A DNA stretch of 64,000 nucleotides from Deinococcales bacterium (GCA_043778225.1 JAYWGM010000061.1:2010-66009); one strand, 5' to 3'. Shown: positions 16,722-26,492, counted from the stretch's first letter. Notes: generated by a model from the letters alone, not told the origin. Translations and numbers: made by a program.

Positions 16722-17780
16722 ATGGAGATCCTCAATTTACTTGAACTCGAGGCGGCGGCAAAAACCAACCTCAAACCAATGGCATTTGATTATTACGTCA
16801 GTGGTGCAGAAGACGAAATTACCTTGCTCGAGAATCGTGAGGCATTTGGGCGTTTGAAGCTGCATTATCGGGTTTTGACTGGCGTAACTGAGCGCAACCT
16901 CGAGACCGAACTATTTGGGCAGAAAATTTCGATGCCCGTGATTATTGCGCCAACTGCTTTTCAGCGTATGGCGCACACCGATGGTGAATTGGCAACCGCC
17001 GGCGCAAGTCAGCAAGCCAAGACAATCATGACCTTATCCACGATTGCCAGCACCAGTCTCGAGGAAGTCCGAGCCAGCCAACCTAATTTACCGATGTGGT
17101 TTCAGATGTATTTGTATAAAGATAAAGCCATCAGTCTCGAGTTATTGCGCCGTGCCGAAGCCGCAGGAGTACAAGCCCTAGCCTTAACGGTAGACACACC
17201 TATTTTGGGGCGGCGTGAACGCGATATTCGCAACCAGTTCCAGTTGCCAGATGGTATCAGCCTTGGAAATCTGATGGGTGGCTTGCCCAAAGGGATGGGT
17301 TCTGGACTGAGCGCATATGTGCAGCATATGTTCAAAATGGATTTGAGTTTTGCAGACCTCGAGTGGCTACGAAATAACACCAAGCTGCCGATTCTGGTCA
17401 AAGGGATTTGCCACACCGACGATGCCACCAAGTCGCTCGAGCATGGCGCAGATGGTATTTGGGTCTCGAATCATGGTGGCAGACAACTCGATACTGCCCC
17501 CGCTACGATTAGTGTCCTGCCACGAATTGCCGAGGCGGTGGCTGGTCGTGTGCCAATTATTTTGGATGGCGGTGTGCGGCGCGGTACGGATGTGGTCAAA
17601 GCCTTGGCGCTTGGCGCAAATGCGGTGGCACTGGGCAGACCGATTTTGTGGTCGTTGGCAATTGGTGGCGAGGCAGCCGTAACCCAGACGCTCGAGTTAC
17701 TGCGGAACGAAATAGACTCAGCCCTTGGCTTATGTGGTTATAGCGACCTGAATGTTCCTCGAGCCTTGCTTGGGAATTAA
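16722..17780 (+). CDS. FMN-dependent alpha-hydroxy-acid oxidase/dehydrogenase (glycolate/L-lactate oxidase family)
   Basis: ORF 16542 trimmed to ATG 16722 (MEILNLLELEAAAK..). Family motifs VSNHGGRQLD and DGGVRRGTDV. Confidence 0.9.
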   Translation: MEILNLLELEAAAKTNLKPMAFDYYVSGAEDEITLLENREAFGRLKLHYRVLTGVTERNLETELFGQKISMPVIIAPTAFQRMAHTDGELATAGASQQAKTIMTLSTIASTSLEEVRASQPNLPMWFQMYLYKDKAISLELLRRAEAAGVQALALTVDTPILGRRERDIRNQFQLPDGISLGNLMGGLPKGMGSGLSAYVQHMFKMDLSFADLEWLRNNTKLPILVKGICHTDDATKSLEHGADGIWVSNHGGRQLDTAPATISVLPRIAEAVAGRVPIILDGGVRRGTDVVKALALGANAVALGRPILWSLAIGGEAAVTQTLELLRNEIDSALGLCGYSDLNVPRALLGN

Positions 17781-18058
17781 TTGCTGACCTGTACACCTTT
17801 CCAAAAGGCAATTCGCCCAGCAATCCGCTTGGCGGCTTCTTTTGGCGTTGGATAATACCAAGCTGCATCTGGGTTTGTTTTGCCGTCCACCACAACCGAA
17901 TGGTAACTGGCAGTGCCTTTCCACGGGCAAGTGGTTTGGGTACTCGAGGCACTTAAAAATAGGGGGTTGACACTTTCGGCAGGAAAATAATGGTTGTTTT
18001 CGACCACAACCGTATCCGAGGATTCTGCAATAACTGTTCCGTTCCAAATGGCTTTCAT
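17777..18058 (-). CDS. DUF427 domain protein
   Basis: 93 aa. ..VVVENNHYFP...CPWKGTASYHSV..G..NPDAAWYYP matches the DUF427 pattern. 4-nt convergent overlap with the preceding gene. Confidence 0.8.
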   Translation of the reverse strand: MKAIWNGTVIAESSDTVVVENNHYFPAESVNPLFLSASSTQTTCPWKGTASYHSVVVDGKTNPDAAWYYPTPKEAAKRIAGRIAFWKGVQVSN

Positions 18059-18102
18059 GGTTGTATTGTGCGCTTTCTTAGGTCAAAAAGCTGTGCTGTG
18101 GC

Positions 18103-18654
18103 TTACTCTGGTCGCAACCGCTCCCATTTGGTCTGTTCTCGAGCCTCCAAAGTCACGCCCAAGAGTTGCATCAGGGCGCTCAGGTCATCCCAGAAAAGCT
18201 GTGGCAACTCGAGCAGGGTTTGGCGGCTGAGCAACACGCTTTTGTCCTCGAGAAATGGCTGGTCATCGGTTTCTAAAACTGTAATTCGGTATTCGGACTC
18301 GAGTTTTTGAATCCCAATGGTGCTGTCGCGTTCGCCGAGCAACAAAATCGCCTCGTGCTGCCCACGCCAACGGTGATACAGATGGTTGCTTGTGCCAAGC
18401 GTGCTTGTGCCAAGTACCCTCGAAAAAAAACCAGTCCGCCCCGTGCTTACCCAGCTTGCCAGTTCGCTTAATGGCTCGAGTCCAAAACGAATCGGGTTGC
18501 TGCACGATAAATTTAAGGGGGCTTCTAAGCCAATCTCGAGTTCCAACGCGCCGGGCATTTCCCAAAGCTCGGTAAGTTTCCACAAGCGCTCTTCTCGAGT
18601 TAAAAGCCTAAGTTTGTACTCACTGGCTTGGCTTGGAATAAAATGCACAGGCAT
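18103..18654 (-). CDS. Hypothetical protein
   Basis: The track ORF starts at GTG 18678. The first ATG is at 18654. No motif recognised. Confidence 0.4.
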   Translation of the reverse strand: MPVHFIPSQASEYKLRLLTREERLWKLTELWEMPGALELEIGLEAPLNLSCSNPIRFGLEPLSELASWVSTGRTGFFSRVLGTSTLGTSNHLYHRWRGQHEAILLLGERDSTIGIQKLESEYRITVLETDDQPFLEDKSVLLSRQTLLELPQLFWDDLSALMQLLGVTLEAREQTKWERLRPE

Positions 18655-18704
18655 AGACCAATTATAAGGACAATTCACGGTGCTTTGGGGTGTTACCTTA
18701 GCCT

Positions 18705-19424
18705 ATGAAATCTGCTCCGCAAATTGGCGAAAATCCCGACAAGGGCAAAGATGTCCAAGCGATGTTTGATTCGATTGCCGGACGTTATGATTTACTCAAT
18801 CGGGTGCTGTCTATGGGCGTAGACAAGGGCTGGCGGGTGGCGGCGGCTAAATCTGTCCTCGAGAACAATCCTAAATCTATCCTCGATATTGCCACTGGCA
18901 CGGGCGACTTTGCCATCGCAATTCAAAAACTTGCCCCCAATGCCAAAGTGGTCGGCTCGGACTTTGCTAACAAAATGCTTGAGATTGCTCGTGTTAAAGC
19001 CAAAGCCTTAAACCTCGAGATTCCTTTTGAACAAGGCGACGCACTGAATCTGCCCTATGCCGACTCGAGTTTTGAAGCGGTTTCTTGTTCGTTTGGCTTT
19101 CGTAATTTTGCCGACTTTAAGCGCGGACTCGAGGAATTCCACCGTGTTTTGGCAGTCGGTGGGCGCTGTGTGATTCTTGAGTTTCCGCCACCGCCCGAGA
19201 ATTTGCTGGGGCAGTTTTATACCTTGTACTTTAGGCACGTGCTGCCCGTGGTTGGTGGCATCATTTCGGGTCGTCCGAAAGCCTATAAGTACCTGCCCGA
19301 AAGCGTGATTGCTTTTCCAAAGCCAGAAGTGTTGGCTAACCTGATGCGCCAAGTTGGTTTTGAAGCGCAGTACACTGTTTTAACGGCTGGACTGGCTGCG
19401 ATTCATGTTGGGGTTAAGAGATAG
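18705..19424 (+). CDS. ubiE: Demethylmenaquinone/ubiquinone C-methyltransferase
   Basis: 239 aa. Hallmark MFDSIAGRYDLLNRVLSMGVDKGWR and SAM motif ILDIATGTGD. Confidence 0.9.
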   Translation: MKSAPQIGENPDKGKDVQAMFDSIAGRYDLLNRVLSMGVDKGWRVAAAKSVLENNPKSILDIATGTGDFAIAIQKLAPNAKVVGSDFANKMLEIARVKAKALNLEIPFEQGDALNLPYADSSFEAVSCSFGFRNFADFKRGLEEFHRVLAVGGRCVILEFPPPPENLLGQFYTLYFRHVLPVVGGIISGRPKAYKYLPESVIAFPKPEVLANLMRQVGFEAQYTVLTAGLAAIHVGVKR

Positions 19425-19455
19425 GGTTAAAAGGTCAAAGGGTTAAAAGGTCGAG
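19424..19455. repeat. GGGTTAAAAGGTCAAAGGGTTAAAAGGTCGAG, member of the GGTNAAAA array family
   Basis: Read directly, immediately after the ubiE stop. Confidence 0.6.
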
Positions 19456-19520
19456 AATGAGGATGATAATCTATTCTTTTGACTTTTGCCTTTCGCCTGT
19501 TTTTCGACTAAACTCGAGTC

Positions 19521-19937
19521 ATGAGTCAGCCGACTAATCATATTGAAGTTTCTGTGGAGGTGGTTTTTTCTCCAGCACACTCGAGCCAAACGCGCTTGGT
19601 CTATGTTTATTTTATCACCATGCACAACCGTGGTTTACAAAGCGTTCAGTTGTTGCGTCGCCATTTTTTTATCCGCGATGGGCTGGGCTTTGAACAAGAA
19701 ATCGAAGGCGAAGGCGTGGTTGGCGAACAGCCACGGCTCGAGGTTGGGCAAACCTACCGCTATCACAGCGTTATTCCAATTCAGCATCCGCCGGGTTCAA
19801 TGCGTGGCGATTACACTTTTTTGGCAGCCGATGGCACACAATTTAAGGCTGAACTGCCAGAATTTATGCTTCATGAACCGCCAGGCTATATTCCTAGCCC
19901 TCGGCTCGAGCCAAGCGGCAAACGGGTTTTGAATTAG
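19521..19937 (+). CDS. apaG: ApaG domain protein
   Basis: 138 aa. ..YFITMHNRG..VQLLRRHFFIRDG..EGEGVVGEQP.L..G..Y.Y.S......GSMRGDY matches the ApaG fold signature. Confidence 0.85.
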   Translation: MSQPTNHIEVSVEVVFSPAHSSQTRLVYVYFITMHNRGLQSVQLLRRHFFIRDGLGFEQEIEGEGVVGEQPRLEVGQTYRYHSVIPIQHPPGSMRGDYTFLAADGTQFKAELPEFMLHEPPGYIPSPRLEPSGKRVLN

Positions 19938-20014
19938 ACCCGAGAAAATTCTTGGCGGTCCCACAAGCTGTGCAAAATGTTGCTCCAGACCTGAGGATAC
20001 CTTAGACTAAAACT

Positions 20015-20212
20015 ATGGTTATTCGCCCTGCTCAGGAAAGCGATTTTGTAGCCCTTGTGCCACTTTTGAAGGGCTTTGCCACGACTCGAGAGGTGGGATT
20101 ACTCGAGCGGTTTACAAAAGTTCGATTCTATACCCGCCTCGGTTTGCAAGGTGAACCCAACTCACAACCCGAATACCCATTTTACGAAATAGACTTTTTG
20201 GTCAAAGACTGA
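20015..20212 (+). pseudogene. Possible internally deleted GNAT remnant (65 aa)
   Basis: The N-terminus MVIRPAQESDFVALVPLL resembles GNAT strand 1 and the C-terminus FYTRLGLQ resembles the GNAT C-terminal motif. The acetyl-CoA core is missing. Confidence 0.3.
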
Positions 20213-20291
20213 TTTTTATGGGTACAGCCCACACAGCGCTCGAGCCTTGAGTCCTACTTGCTTAAATCCAAAAAAGCGCTACACTTTACCA

Positions 20292-20465
20292 ATGACTGTA
20301 CCTACGAAAAACAATTTACCTACTAAAAAGCAAAGCACTGTTGATTTTCTGCTTGAAATGGCTGACCGTATTGCCAAAGAAGCACCTTCTTCTGAACTCG
20401 AGAAATTACCTAGGGATGGTGGCGAAAATCTTGATCATTATTTGTATGGAGCGCCTAAAAAATGA
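20292..20465 (+). CDS. Putative antitoxin of the VapBC-like pair
   Basis: The track ORF starts at TTG 20247. ATG 20292 (MTVPTKNN..) is more likely. 4-nt ATGA overlap with the PIN gene. C-terminal ..NLDHYLYGAPKK. Confidence 0.55.
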   Translation: MTVPTKNNLPTKKQSTVDFLLEMADRIAKEAPSSELEKLPRDGGENLDHYLYGAPKK

Positions 20466-20872
20466 CTAGGACGGTGTTTATAGATGCTGCTTTTTTAGTA
20501 TCGTTGATTAATCCTCGAGACCAAAATTATCAAAAGGCTAGGGATGCTCTGCAAAGTGTACAACGAACGCAATTGGTGACAACTGATGCTGTTCTGACCG
20601 AAGTGCTTAATTATTATTCTGAGCGAGGCGATTACTTACGCAAAGAGGCACTGAATTTGGTCAAAGCCATTATGAATCGTGAGGATGTCAATTTTCTTTA
20701 TCATGGTAAATACTGGTTTTATCTTGGCTTAGAACGATTCGAGGATAGGGCAGACAAAGGATACAGCTTAACCGACTGTATCAGCATGGTGATTATGGAA
20801 AGCGATGGAATTCAAGAGGTTTTGACTTCGGATAAGCACTTTGTGCAAGCTGGTTTTACGATTTTGATGTGA
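20462..20872 (+). CDS. vapC: PIN-domain ribonuclease toxin
   Basis: 136 aa. Acidic residues in the PIN pattern (VFIDAAF.., ..TTDAVLTEV.., ..LTDCISMV..). Confidence 0.8.
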   Translation: MTRTVFIDAAFLVSLINPRDQNYQKARDALQSVQRTQLVTTDAVLTEVLNYYSERGDYLRKEALNLVKAIMNREDVNFLYHGKYWFYLGLERFEDRADKGYSLTDCISMVIMESDGIQEVLTSDKHFVQAGFTILM

Positions 20873-20898
20873 TTGATTCACCACAGCCTACCCTAGTT

Positions 20899-22179
20899 CT
20901 ATGGGTACAACCCACGCAAGGCTCGAGCCTCGAGAACCCGTGTACAAGCCACAATAAAGGTGGCGGTTCGCATCGTCACGTTTTTGTCTTGGGCAACATC
21001 CCAGATGCCTTTGAAGGCTTCGACCATGATTTTCTCGAGCCGCTTGTTGATTTCGTCTTCAGTCCAGAAAAAACTGCTAAAATCCTGCACCCATTCAAAG
21101 TACGAAACTGTCACGCCACCCGCGTTTGCCAGCACATCTGGCACAACCACAATGCCACGTTCGCGCAGGGCATCGTCGGCGGCTGGGGTGGTTGGTCCGT
21201 TTGCACCCTCGACCACAATTCGGGTTTTAATTTGTTGCACGTTGTCCAGAGTAATCTGCTTCTCGAGCGCGGCTGGAATCAAGAACTCGGTCTCGACACC
21301 CCAAAAATCGTTTTTAGCGATTACTTCGCACTTGGGGTAGGCGGTTACGTCTGGATTTTCTTTGATAAACTCGAGCAAGTCGTGTGGGTTAATCCCATCG
21401 CCGTTAAAAATCGTGCCGGACACATCTTGAATCGCCACAATTTTTGCGCCGTGGTCATGGAAAATTCTTGCGCTGGCATTGCCGACATTGCCAAAGCCTT
21501 GAATCGTGACTCGAGAACCCTGAATTTCTAAACCGATGCGCTTGGCAGCTTCGCGCCCAGTCACAAAAACGCCACGCCCTGTGGCATCGCGCCGCCCAAG
21601 GCTGCCGCCTAAAGCAATTGGCTTGCCAGTCACGACACCAGTGGCGGTGCGCCCTTGGTTCATGCTGTAGGTGTCCATCATCCATGCCATCGTTAATTCG
21701 TTGGTGTTGACATCTGGGGCGGGAATGTCTTTGTCTGGTCCGATGATAAAATTGATTTCCGAAGTATAACGCCGTGTCATTTTCTCGAGTTCACCGCGTG
21801 AAAGTTTGCGTGGGTCTACCCGAATGCCACCTTTCGCGCCACCATATGGCAAATTGACCGCCGCATTTTTAACCGTCATCCAAGCACTGAGTGCCATCAC
21901 TTCGGATAAGGTCACATCTTGGTGATAGCGCACCCCACCCTTGCCGGGTCCGCGGCTCGAGTTGTGCTGCACCCGATAACCTTCAAAATGAGCAATGCTG
22001 CCATCATCGAGTTGAATTGGTACATCCACAATTAAAATGCGCTTTGGGCGCTTGAGGGTTTCGACCCAGTAGGCAAGTTTACCCAAGTACGGCGTAACCC
22101 TATCAACTTGCTCGAGGTAAATTTCCCACGGTCCGAGGTTATCGTGATTTAAGTAAGAAGGAACTTCGTGTTGGTGCAT
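20899..22179 (-). CDS. gdh: Glutamate dehydrogenase (ELFV family), copy 1
   Basis: ORF 20899..22269 trimmed to ATG 22179 (AGGAGA RBS). The N-terminal 30 codons of the track ORF run through the octamer repeat array. Motifs [14 protein letters not shown] and [10 protein letters not shown]. Confidence 0.9.
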   Translation of the reverse strand: MHQHEVPSYLNHDNLGPWEIYLEQVDRVTPYLGKLAYWVETLKRPKRILIVDVPIQLDDGSIAHFEGYRVQHNSSRGPGKGGVRYHQDVTLSEVMALSAWMTVKNAAVNLPYGGAKGGIRVDPRKLSRGELEKMTRRYTSEINFIIGPDKDIPAPDVNTNELTMAWMMDTYSMNQGRTATGVVTGKPIALGGSLGRRDATGRGVFVTGREAAKRIGLEIQGSRVTIQGFGNVGNASARIFHDHGAKIVAIQDVSGTIFNGDGINPHDLLEFIKENPDVTAYPKCEVIAKNDFWGVETEFLIPAALEKQITLDNVQQIKTRIVVEGANGPTTPAADDALRERGIVVVPDVLANAGGVTVSYFEWVQDFSSFFWTEDEINKRLEKIMVEAFKGIWDVAQDKNVTMRTATFIVACTRVLEARALRGLYP

Positions 22180-22195
22180 ATGGATTCTCCTGTGG

Positions 22196-22268
22196 AGGGT
22201 GAAAGGTGAAGGGTAAAAAGGTAAAAAGGGCAAAAGGTAAAAAGGGCAAAAGGTGAAAAGGTAAAACA
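22196..22268. repeat. Array of ~9 degenerate 7-8-nt units GGTRAAAA/GGGCAAAA (TTTTYACC on the gene strand) just upstream of the gdh RBS
   Basis: GAGGGTGAAAGGTGAAGGGTAAAAAGGTAAAAAGGGCAAAAGGTAAAAAGGGCAAAAGGTGAAAAGGTAAAAC, read directly. Confidence 0.85.
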
Positions 22269-22296
22269 ATTTTCTCTTTCCTCTTTCCTATGCTTT

Positions 22297-23574
22297 TTAC
22301 GGGTAAAGCCCTCTTAGATTGGTGCTTTCGTTGATTCGGCTGACCGCTAAAATAAAAGCGGCTTGGCGCAGATTGACATGGCGTTCGTTTTTGACGGCAT
22401 AGACACTATCTAAGGCGTGTTCGATGTGCTGCTCGAGGTTGCTGCGGATTTCGTCTTCAGTCCAATAGAGATTATTAAAATCCTGTACCCATTCGTAATA
22501 CGAAACCGTCACGCCACCCGAATTGGCTAGATAGTCTGGGATAATCACCCGTCCCTCGCGCTCGAGAATTGCGTCGGCGGCTCGAGTAATGGCATGGTTT
22601 GCCCCTTCGGCAATAATCTGGGCTTCGACTTTGCTGGCGTTGCCGGCGTGGATTGCTCCTTCGCGCACGGCTGGCACAAGAATATCTACGGGCAGGGTTA
22701 AAAGGCTTTCTTGGTCTATGCGTTTGGCGTTGGCAAAACCCAGCACCGAGCCATAAGCGTTTTTGTACTCGAGCAGGGCTGGAACATCAAAGCCGTCATG
22801 GGCATAAATCGCGCCGCTCGAGTCCGAAACTGCCACCACCCGCACACCGCGCTCAAACAGCCCAAGCGCCGCATAACGCCCGACCATACCAAAACCCTGA
22901 ACTGCGGCGCTGGCTTTCTCGAGTTGGATGTTTTCGCGCATCGCCACACCAAAAATACTATAAGCAATGCCACGTCCAGCCGCCTCGACCCGCCCGATGC
23001 TGCCACCCAGCGCCACCGGTTTACCGGTTACGACACCAGTCACGGTACTGCCTTTATTTTGGCTGTAGGTGTCCATTATCCATGCCATGATTTGTTCGTT
23101 TGTGCCAGTGTCTGGGGCTGGAATATCTTTGTCTGGTCCGATTAAATCCACCAATTCGGAAGTATAGCGCCGTGTTAAACGTTCGGTTTCTGACCTCGAG
23201 ATTGTTTTTGGGTCCACGTCTATGCCGCCCTTTGCACCACCAAAGGGCAAATTCATAACCGCGCATTTGATCGTCATGGCAGCCGCTAAACCACGGACTT
23301 CATCCAAGTTTAAGCCAGCCCGATAGCGCAGCCCACCTTTCGAGGGTCCTCGAGAAATACTGTGCTGAACTCGGTAGCCCGTAAAAAAACGAACTGAACC
23401 ATCGTCCATGCGAATCGGCACAGATACCGTGACCATACGCTTAGGGTGGCGCAGCGACTCGAGTGTTTGGCTAAAATAAATTTGGGAGCTTTGAACTTGC
23501 TCCAAAAAGGCGTGCCAGAGGTTTAAGTTCTCGGGTTCGGGTTCGTGTCGAGCTTGTGGCTCGGGTTGATTCAT
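22297..23574 (-). CDS. gdh: Glutamate dehydrogenase (ELFV family), copy 2 (paralog)
   Basis: ORF trimmed to ATG 23574 (GGAGG RBS). Motifs LPFGGAKGGIDVDP and AVQGFGMVGRY. Tandem with copy 1. Confidence 0.9.
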   Translation of the reverse strand: MNQPEPQARHEPEPENLNLWHAFLEQVQSSQIYFSQTLESLRHPKRMVTVSVPIRMDDGSVRFFTGYRVQHSISRGPSKGGLRYRAGLNLDEVRGLAAAMTIKCAVMNLPFGGAKGGIDVDPKTISRSETERLTRRYTSELVDLIGPDKDIPAPDTGTNEQIMAWIMDTYSQNKGSTVTGVVTGKPVALGGSIGRVEAAGRGIAYSIFGVAMRENIQLEKASAAVQGFGMVGRYAALGLFERGVRVVAVSDSSGAIYAHDGFDVPALLEYKNAYGSVLGFANAKRIDQESLLTLPVDILVPAVREGAIHAGNASKVEAQIIAEGANHAITRAADAILEREGRVIIPDYLANSGGVTVSYYEWVQDFNNLYWTEDEIRSNLEQHIEHALDSVYAVKNERHVNLRQAAFILAVSRINESTNLRGLYP

Positions 23575-23674
23575 GAGTCCTCCGCAAGTTCTCGAGGTGT
23601 CCTCGAGTGGCTGTATTTCGATGCTTGGATTATACACTCCTTGCAAACGTTTGTTTGGTTAATGCCAGATGAGA

Positions 23675-26353
23675 CTAGCCACTGCGTGGTGGTTTTAAGC
23701 GCCCCAGTAAATCCAAAGCTGCTACGGGCTTAGAAAAATAATAGCCTTGGGAACGATCAACTGCTAAGTCGCGCAATGCTAAAAACTGGGCTTTGGTTTC
23801 GACACCTTCGGCTACAACGCTCATCCCGACATGACGTGCCAACATGATGATTAGTTTAACCATGGACCAGCCCGAATCATTTGGCTCGAGGTGCGAAACA
23901 AAACTGCGGTCTATTTTTAAGGAATTAACGGGTAATTTTTGTAGATACGCCAGACTCGAGTAACCGGTGCCAAAATCGTCTATCGCAGTTTGAATCCCTT
24001 GGGCTTGCAAGCGCCGCAAACGCTCGACTGCTAAATCGGTGTCGTTCATTAAAGCACTTTCGGTAATCTCGAGTTCAAGCGCTTTAGGGTCAAATTGCGT
24101 TTCGCGCAGTACCCTAGAAACGGTGTCCGAAAAATCGGAGCGCATCAGTTGCTGCACATCGATATTGACTGCCAAAGCAACATTCAAACCATCGCGCCGC
24201 CATTCGGCAACCTCCATACAGGCTTTGCGTAGAATCCATTCGCCCATCGGAACAATCAGACCAGACTCGAGCGCCACGGGTAAAAAGCGTCCGGGCGCGA
24301 CTAAACCTTCTTGCGGGTGCTGCCAATACAAGAGCGCCTCGACCACAATCACCTGTTGGGCAGCATTGACTTGGGGCTGATAACGCACCACAAATTCGTT
24401 GCGCTCGAGGGCTTTGCGTAAAGAAACCTCTAAATCTAAGCGCTCCTTCGAGGCTTTATTGAGGGCTGGGTCAAAGCGCTTAAAAGCGCCCTTACCGCCA
24501 CGTTTAACGCTGTTCATGGCAGCATCGGCATTGCGTAACAAAAGGTTGGCACTCGTGCCATCGTCTGGGAAAATGGCTGCCCCAATGCTGGCGGACAAAA
24601 AGAGTTCGACCCCGCGCAAAGAAAGCGGATAGGACAAGGCTTTGAGCATTTCTTTTGCCAAGGCTTCGGCTTCGCTCAGTTGCTCAAGATGATGCACCAC
24701 CAGCGTAAATTCATCGCCGCCTGGACGAGCCAATAAATCGCGCGAGGGCAAAATCGTGCGCCAACGGTCGGTTACGGTGCGTAAGACTTCATCGCCAACT
24801 TCGTGTCCAAGGGTGTCGTTGATGCGCCGAAAACCATCGAGGTCGATTTGCAGTACCGCCAGTTTCCAACCGCGCTGTTGGGCAACTTTAAGGGCTTGCT
24901 CGAGGTGACGCTCGACCCCATAGCGGTTGGGTAAATTGGTCAGGCTATCGGTGCTGGCTTGGTCATCGAGGCGGTCAATCAAAGTGCTGCGTTCAATCAC
25001 CAGCGTGGCTAAACGTGCCACATTTTCAAAATGCTCGAGTTGCGAAGGCAAAGGCGCAACACTGCGCGAAAAATGCAGCTCGAGTGCGCCAATCACTGCA
25101 CCATCGGCTGAGTTAATCGGCACTGCCCAAGAACTTGCCACGCCACTCATCAGCATTGCCCTGTCCATATTGACCCAACGCGGGTCATCTTGGATGGCTT
25201 CGACCACAGCGGGGACAGCCTCGAGAATCGCATAAGAAGCCGTGCCATGCCCTAAGCCAATCGGCACGCCATCGAGTAACGAGCGCACCAAGGGTCGCCA
25301 ATTGGGGGCAACCAACAATGCCAAACGATCGCCTCGGCGCATAAAGACACCAGCGGTTGCACCAATAAAAATTCGCTCGAGTAAACCAGTCAGGGTTTGC
25401 AGGGTTTCGTTTAAGGGTGCGCCTCGCAACGCCAACTCGAGTACCCGATTGCGGTAGGCTTCCAAAAGCTCATTGCTTTTGCGCTCGGTAATATCGCGCC
25501 GCCACGAAACGCGGTTGGTGATTTGTCCACGCTCGTTGCGAATTGGCACAATCGAAAGCTGAATCCAAAGCGGCGTGTCGTCTTTGCGGTACTCGATGGT
25601 TTCAAATTCGACTGATTTGCCGATTCGTAAATCACTCTTGGCACGATGATAAACGTCGGTGTCGCCATATGTACCACGCAACAGACCAGCCGACTGCCCA
25701 ACCGCTTCCTCGCTAGAAAAGCCCATCAGACTGGTAAAAGCGGCATTGACAAAAATGATTTTTGAATCCTGTTCATTGCCATCGTCGGAATCGGCAACTT
25801 GGCTGATTAAAACACTCTCATCAGCATTGAGGACGGCTGATTCAAAAAGCTGTAAGCGCTGGTCAAATTCCGAGAGCGTGGCTTTATCGACGGCTCGAGC
25901 TTTGGTTTGTTTGCTTGATTGCTGGCGCAAAAAACCATTTTCTAAAGTCGAGGCAATCACCACCGCGAGGCGCTCGAGTTGTTCGACTTGGAGTGGCGAA
26001 AGCTGTACGGCTTGGCGGTACATCAGCATCAAAACACCCGCCACAGTCCCCGAAAGCATGACTGGCACAGCCGCAATCACCGAAACCGATTGTTGAATCG
26101 TGCGCTCTGACCAGTGGGGGTACTGTTGCACCAACAAAGGCTCACCGCTTGCCCAAACCCTTCCGGGGACATCAATACCATGCTCGAACGTACCAGCGAT
26201 TTCAAGCGCCAACCCTCGAGCAAAAACACGCTGCATCATCGAGCCAGCCACCACAAAAAGGGCTGTTCCATCGGTCACAAAAACGGAGGTACATAAATCA
26301 ATAATCGTTTGTAAAGCATCACGATCAGAAGAGAGCGGTGGCGAAACAGACAT
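23675..26353 (-). CDS. GAF-PAS-GAF-GGDEF-EAL cyclic-di-GMP signalling protein
   Basis: 892 aa. RPGGDEF (GGDEF), ELEITES and DDFGTGYSSL (EAL). PAS-like segment IIFVNAAFTSLMGFSSEEAVG. Confidence 0.9.
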   Translation of the reverse strand: MSVSPPLSSDRDALQTIIDLCTSVFVTDGTALFVVAGSMMQRVFARGLALEIAGTFEHGIDVPGRVWASGEPLLVQQYPHWSERTIQQSVSVIAAVPVMLSGTVAGVLMLMYRQAVQLSPLQVEQLERLAVVIASTLENGFLRQQSSKQTKARAVDKATLSEFDQRLQLFESAVLNADESVLISQVADSDDGNEQDSKIIFVNAAFTSLMGFSSEEAVGQSAGLLRGTYGDTDVYHRAKSDLRIGKSVEFETIEYRKDDTPLWIQLSIVPIRNERGQITNRVSWRRDITERKSNELLEAYRNRVLELALRGAPLNETLQTLTGLLERIFIGATAGVFMRRGDRLALLVAPNWRPLVRSLLDGVPIGLGHGTASYAILEAVPAVVEAIQDDPRWVNMDRAMLMSGVASSWAVPINSADGAVIGALELHFSRSVAPLPSQLEHFENVARLATLVIERSTLIDRLDDQASTDSLTNLPNRYGVERHLEQALKVAQQRGWKLAVLQIDLDGFRRINDTLGHEVGDEVLRTVTDRWRTILPSRDLLARPGGDEFTLVVHHLEQLSEAEALAKEMLKALSYPLSLRGVELFLSASIGAAIFPDDGTSANLLLRNADAAMNSVKRGGKGAFKRFDPALNKASKERLDLEVSLRKALERNEFVVRYQPQVNAAQQVIVVEALLYWQHPQEGLVAPGRFLPVALESGLIVPMGEWILRKACMEVAEWRRDGLNVALAVNIDVQQLMRSDFSDTVSRVLRETQFDPKALELEITESALMNDTDLAVERLRRLQAQGIQTAIDDFGTGYSSLAYLQKLPVNSLKIDRSFVSHLEPNDSGWSMVKLIIMLARHVGMSVVAEGVETKAQFLALRDLAVDRSQGYYFSKPVAALDLLGRLKPPRSG

Positions 26354-26492
26354 AAGTTCTATTATGCCTGAAAGTCTCGAGTCTTGTTGTGAAAAACCGA
26401 TTTCGTCTGTATTCTTGGCAAATAGTCTAAAATCGTAACCCTAAACCTTTGATTGGTCACACCAACGTTCCCATTAGCGTATACTTTTGTCC

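Noticed and set aside
20869-21531. 220-aa plus-strand ORF
   Set aside because: It lies entirely antisense to the well-supported GDH gene, so it is a shadow ORF with no motifs. The same reasoning applies to 45316-45885 (antisense to comM), 36397-37155 (antisense to vWA), 10215-10983 (antisense to the UvrA-like gene), 51844-52509 and 52849-53250 (antisense to the SARP gene), and 22653-23145 (antisense to GDH copy 2).
22180-22269. N-terminal ORF extensions encoded by octamer arrays or upstream DNA (22180-22269, 47945-48007, 3274-3387, 49292-49543, 57733-58029, 16542-16721, 13603-13722)
   Set aside because: Each extension lacks homology and precedes an internal ATG with a good RBS at the point where family homology begins. 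Some overlap the neighbouring divergent gene.
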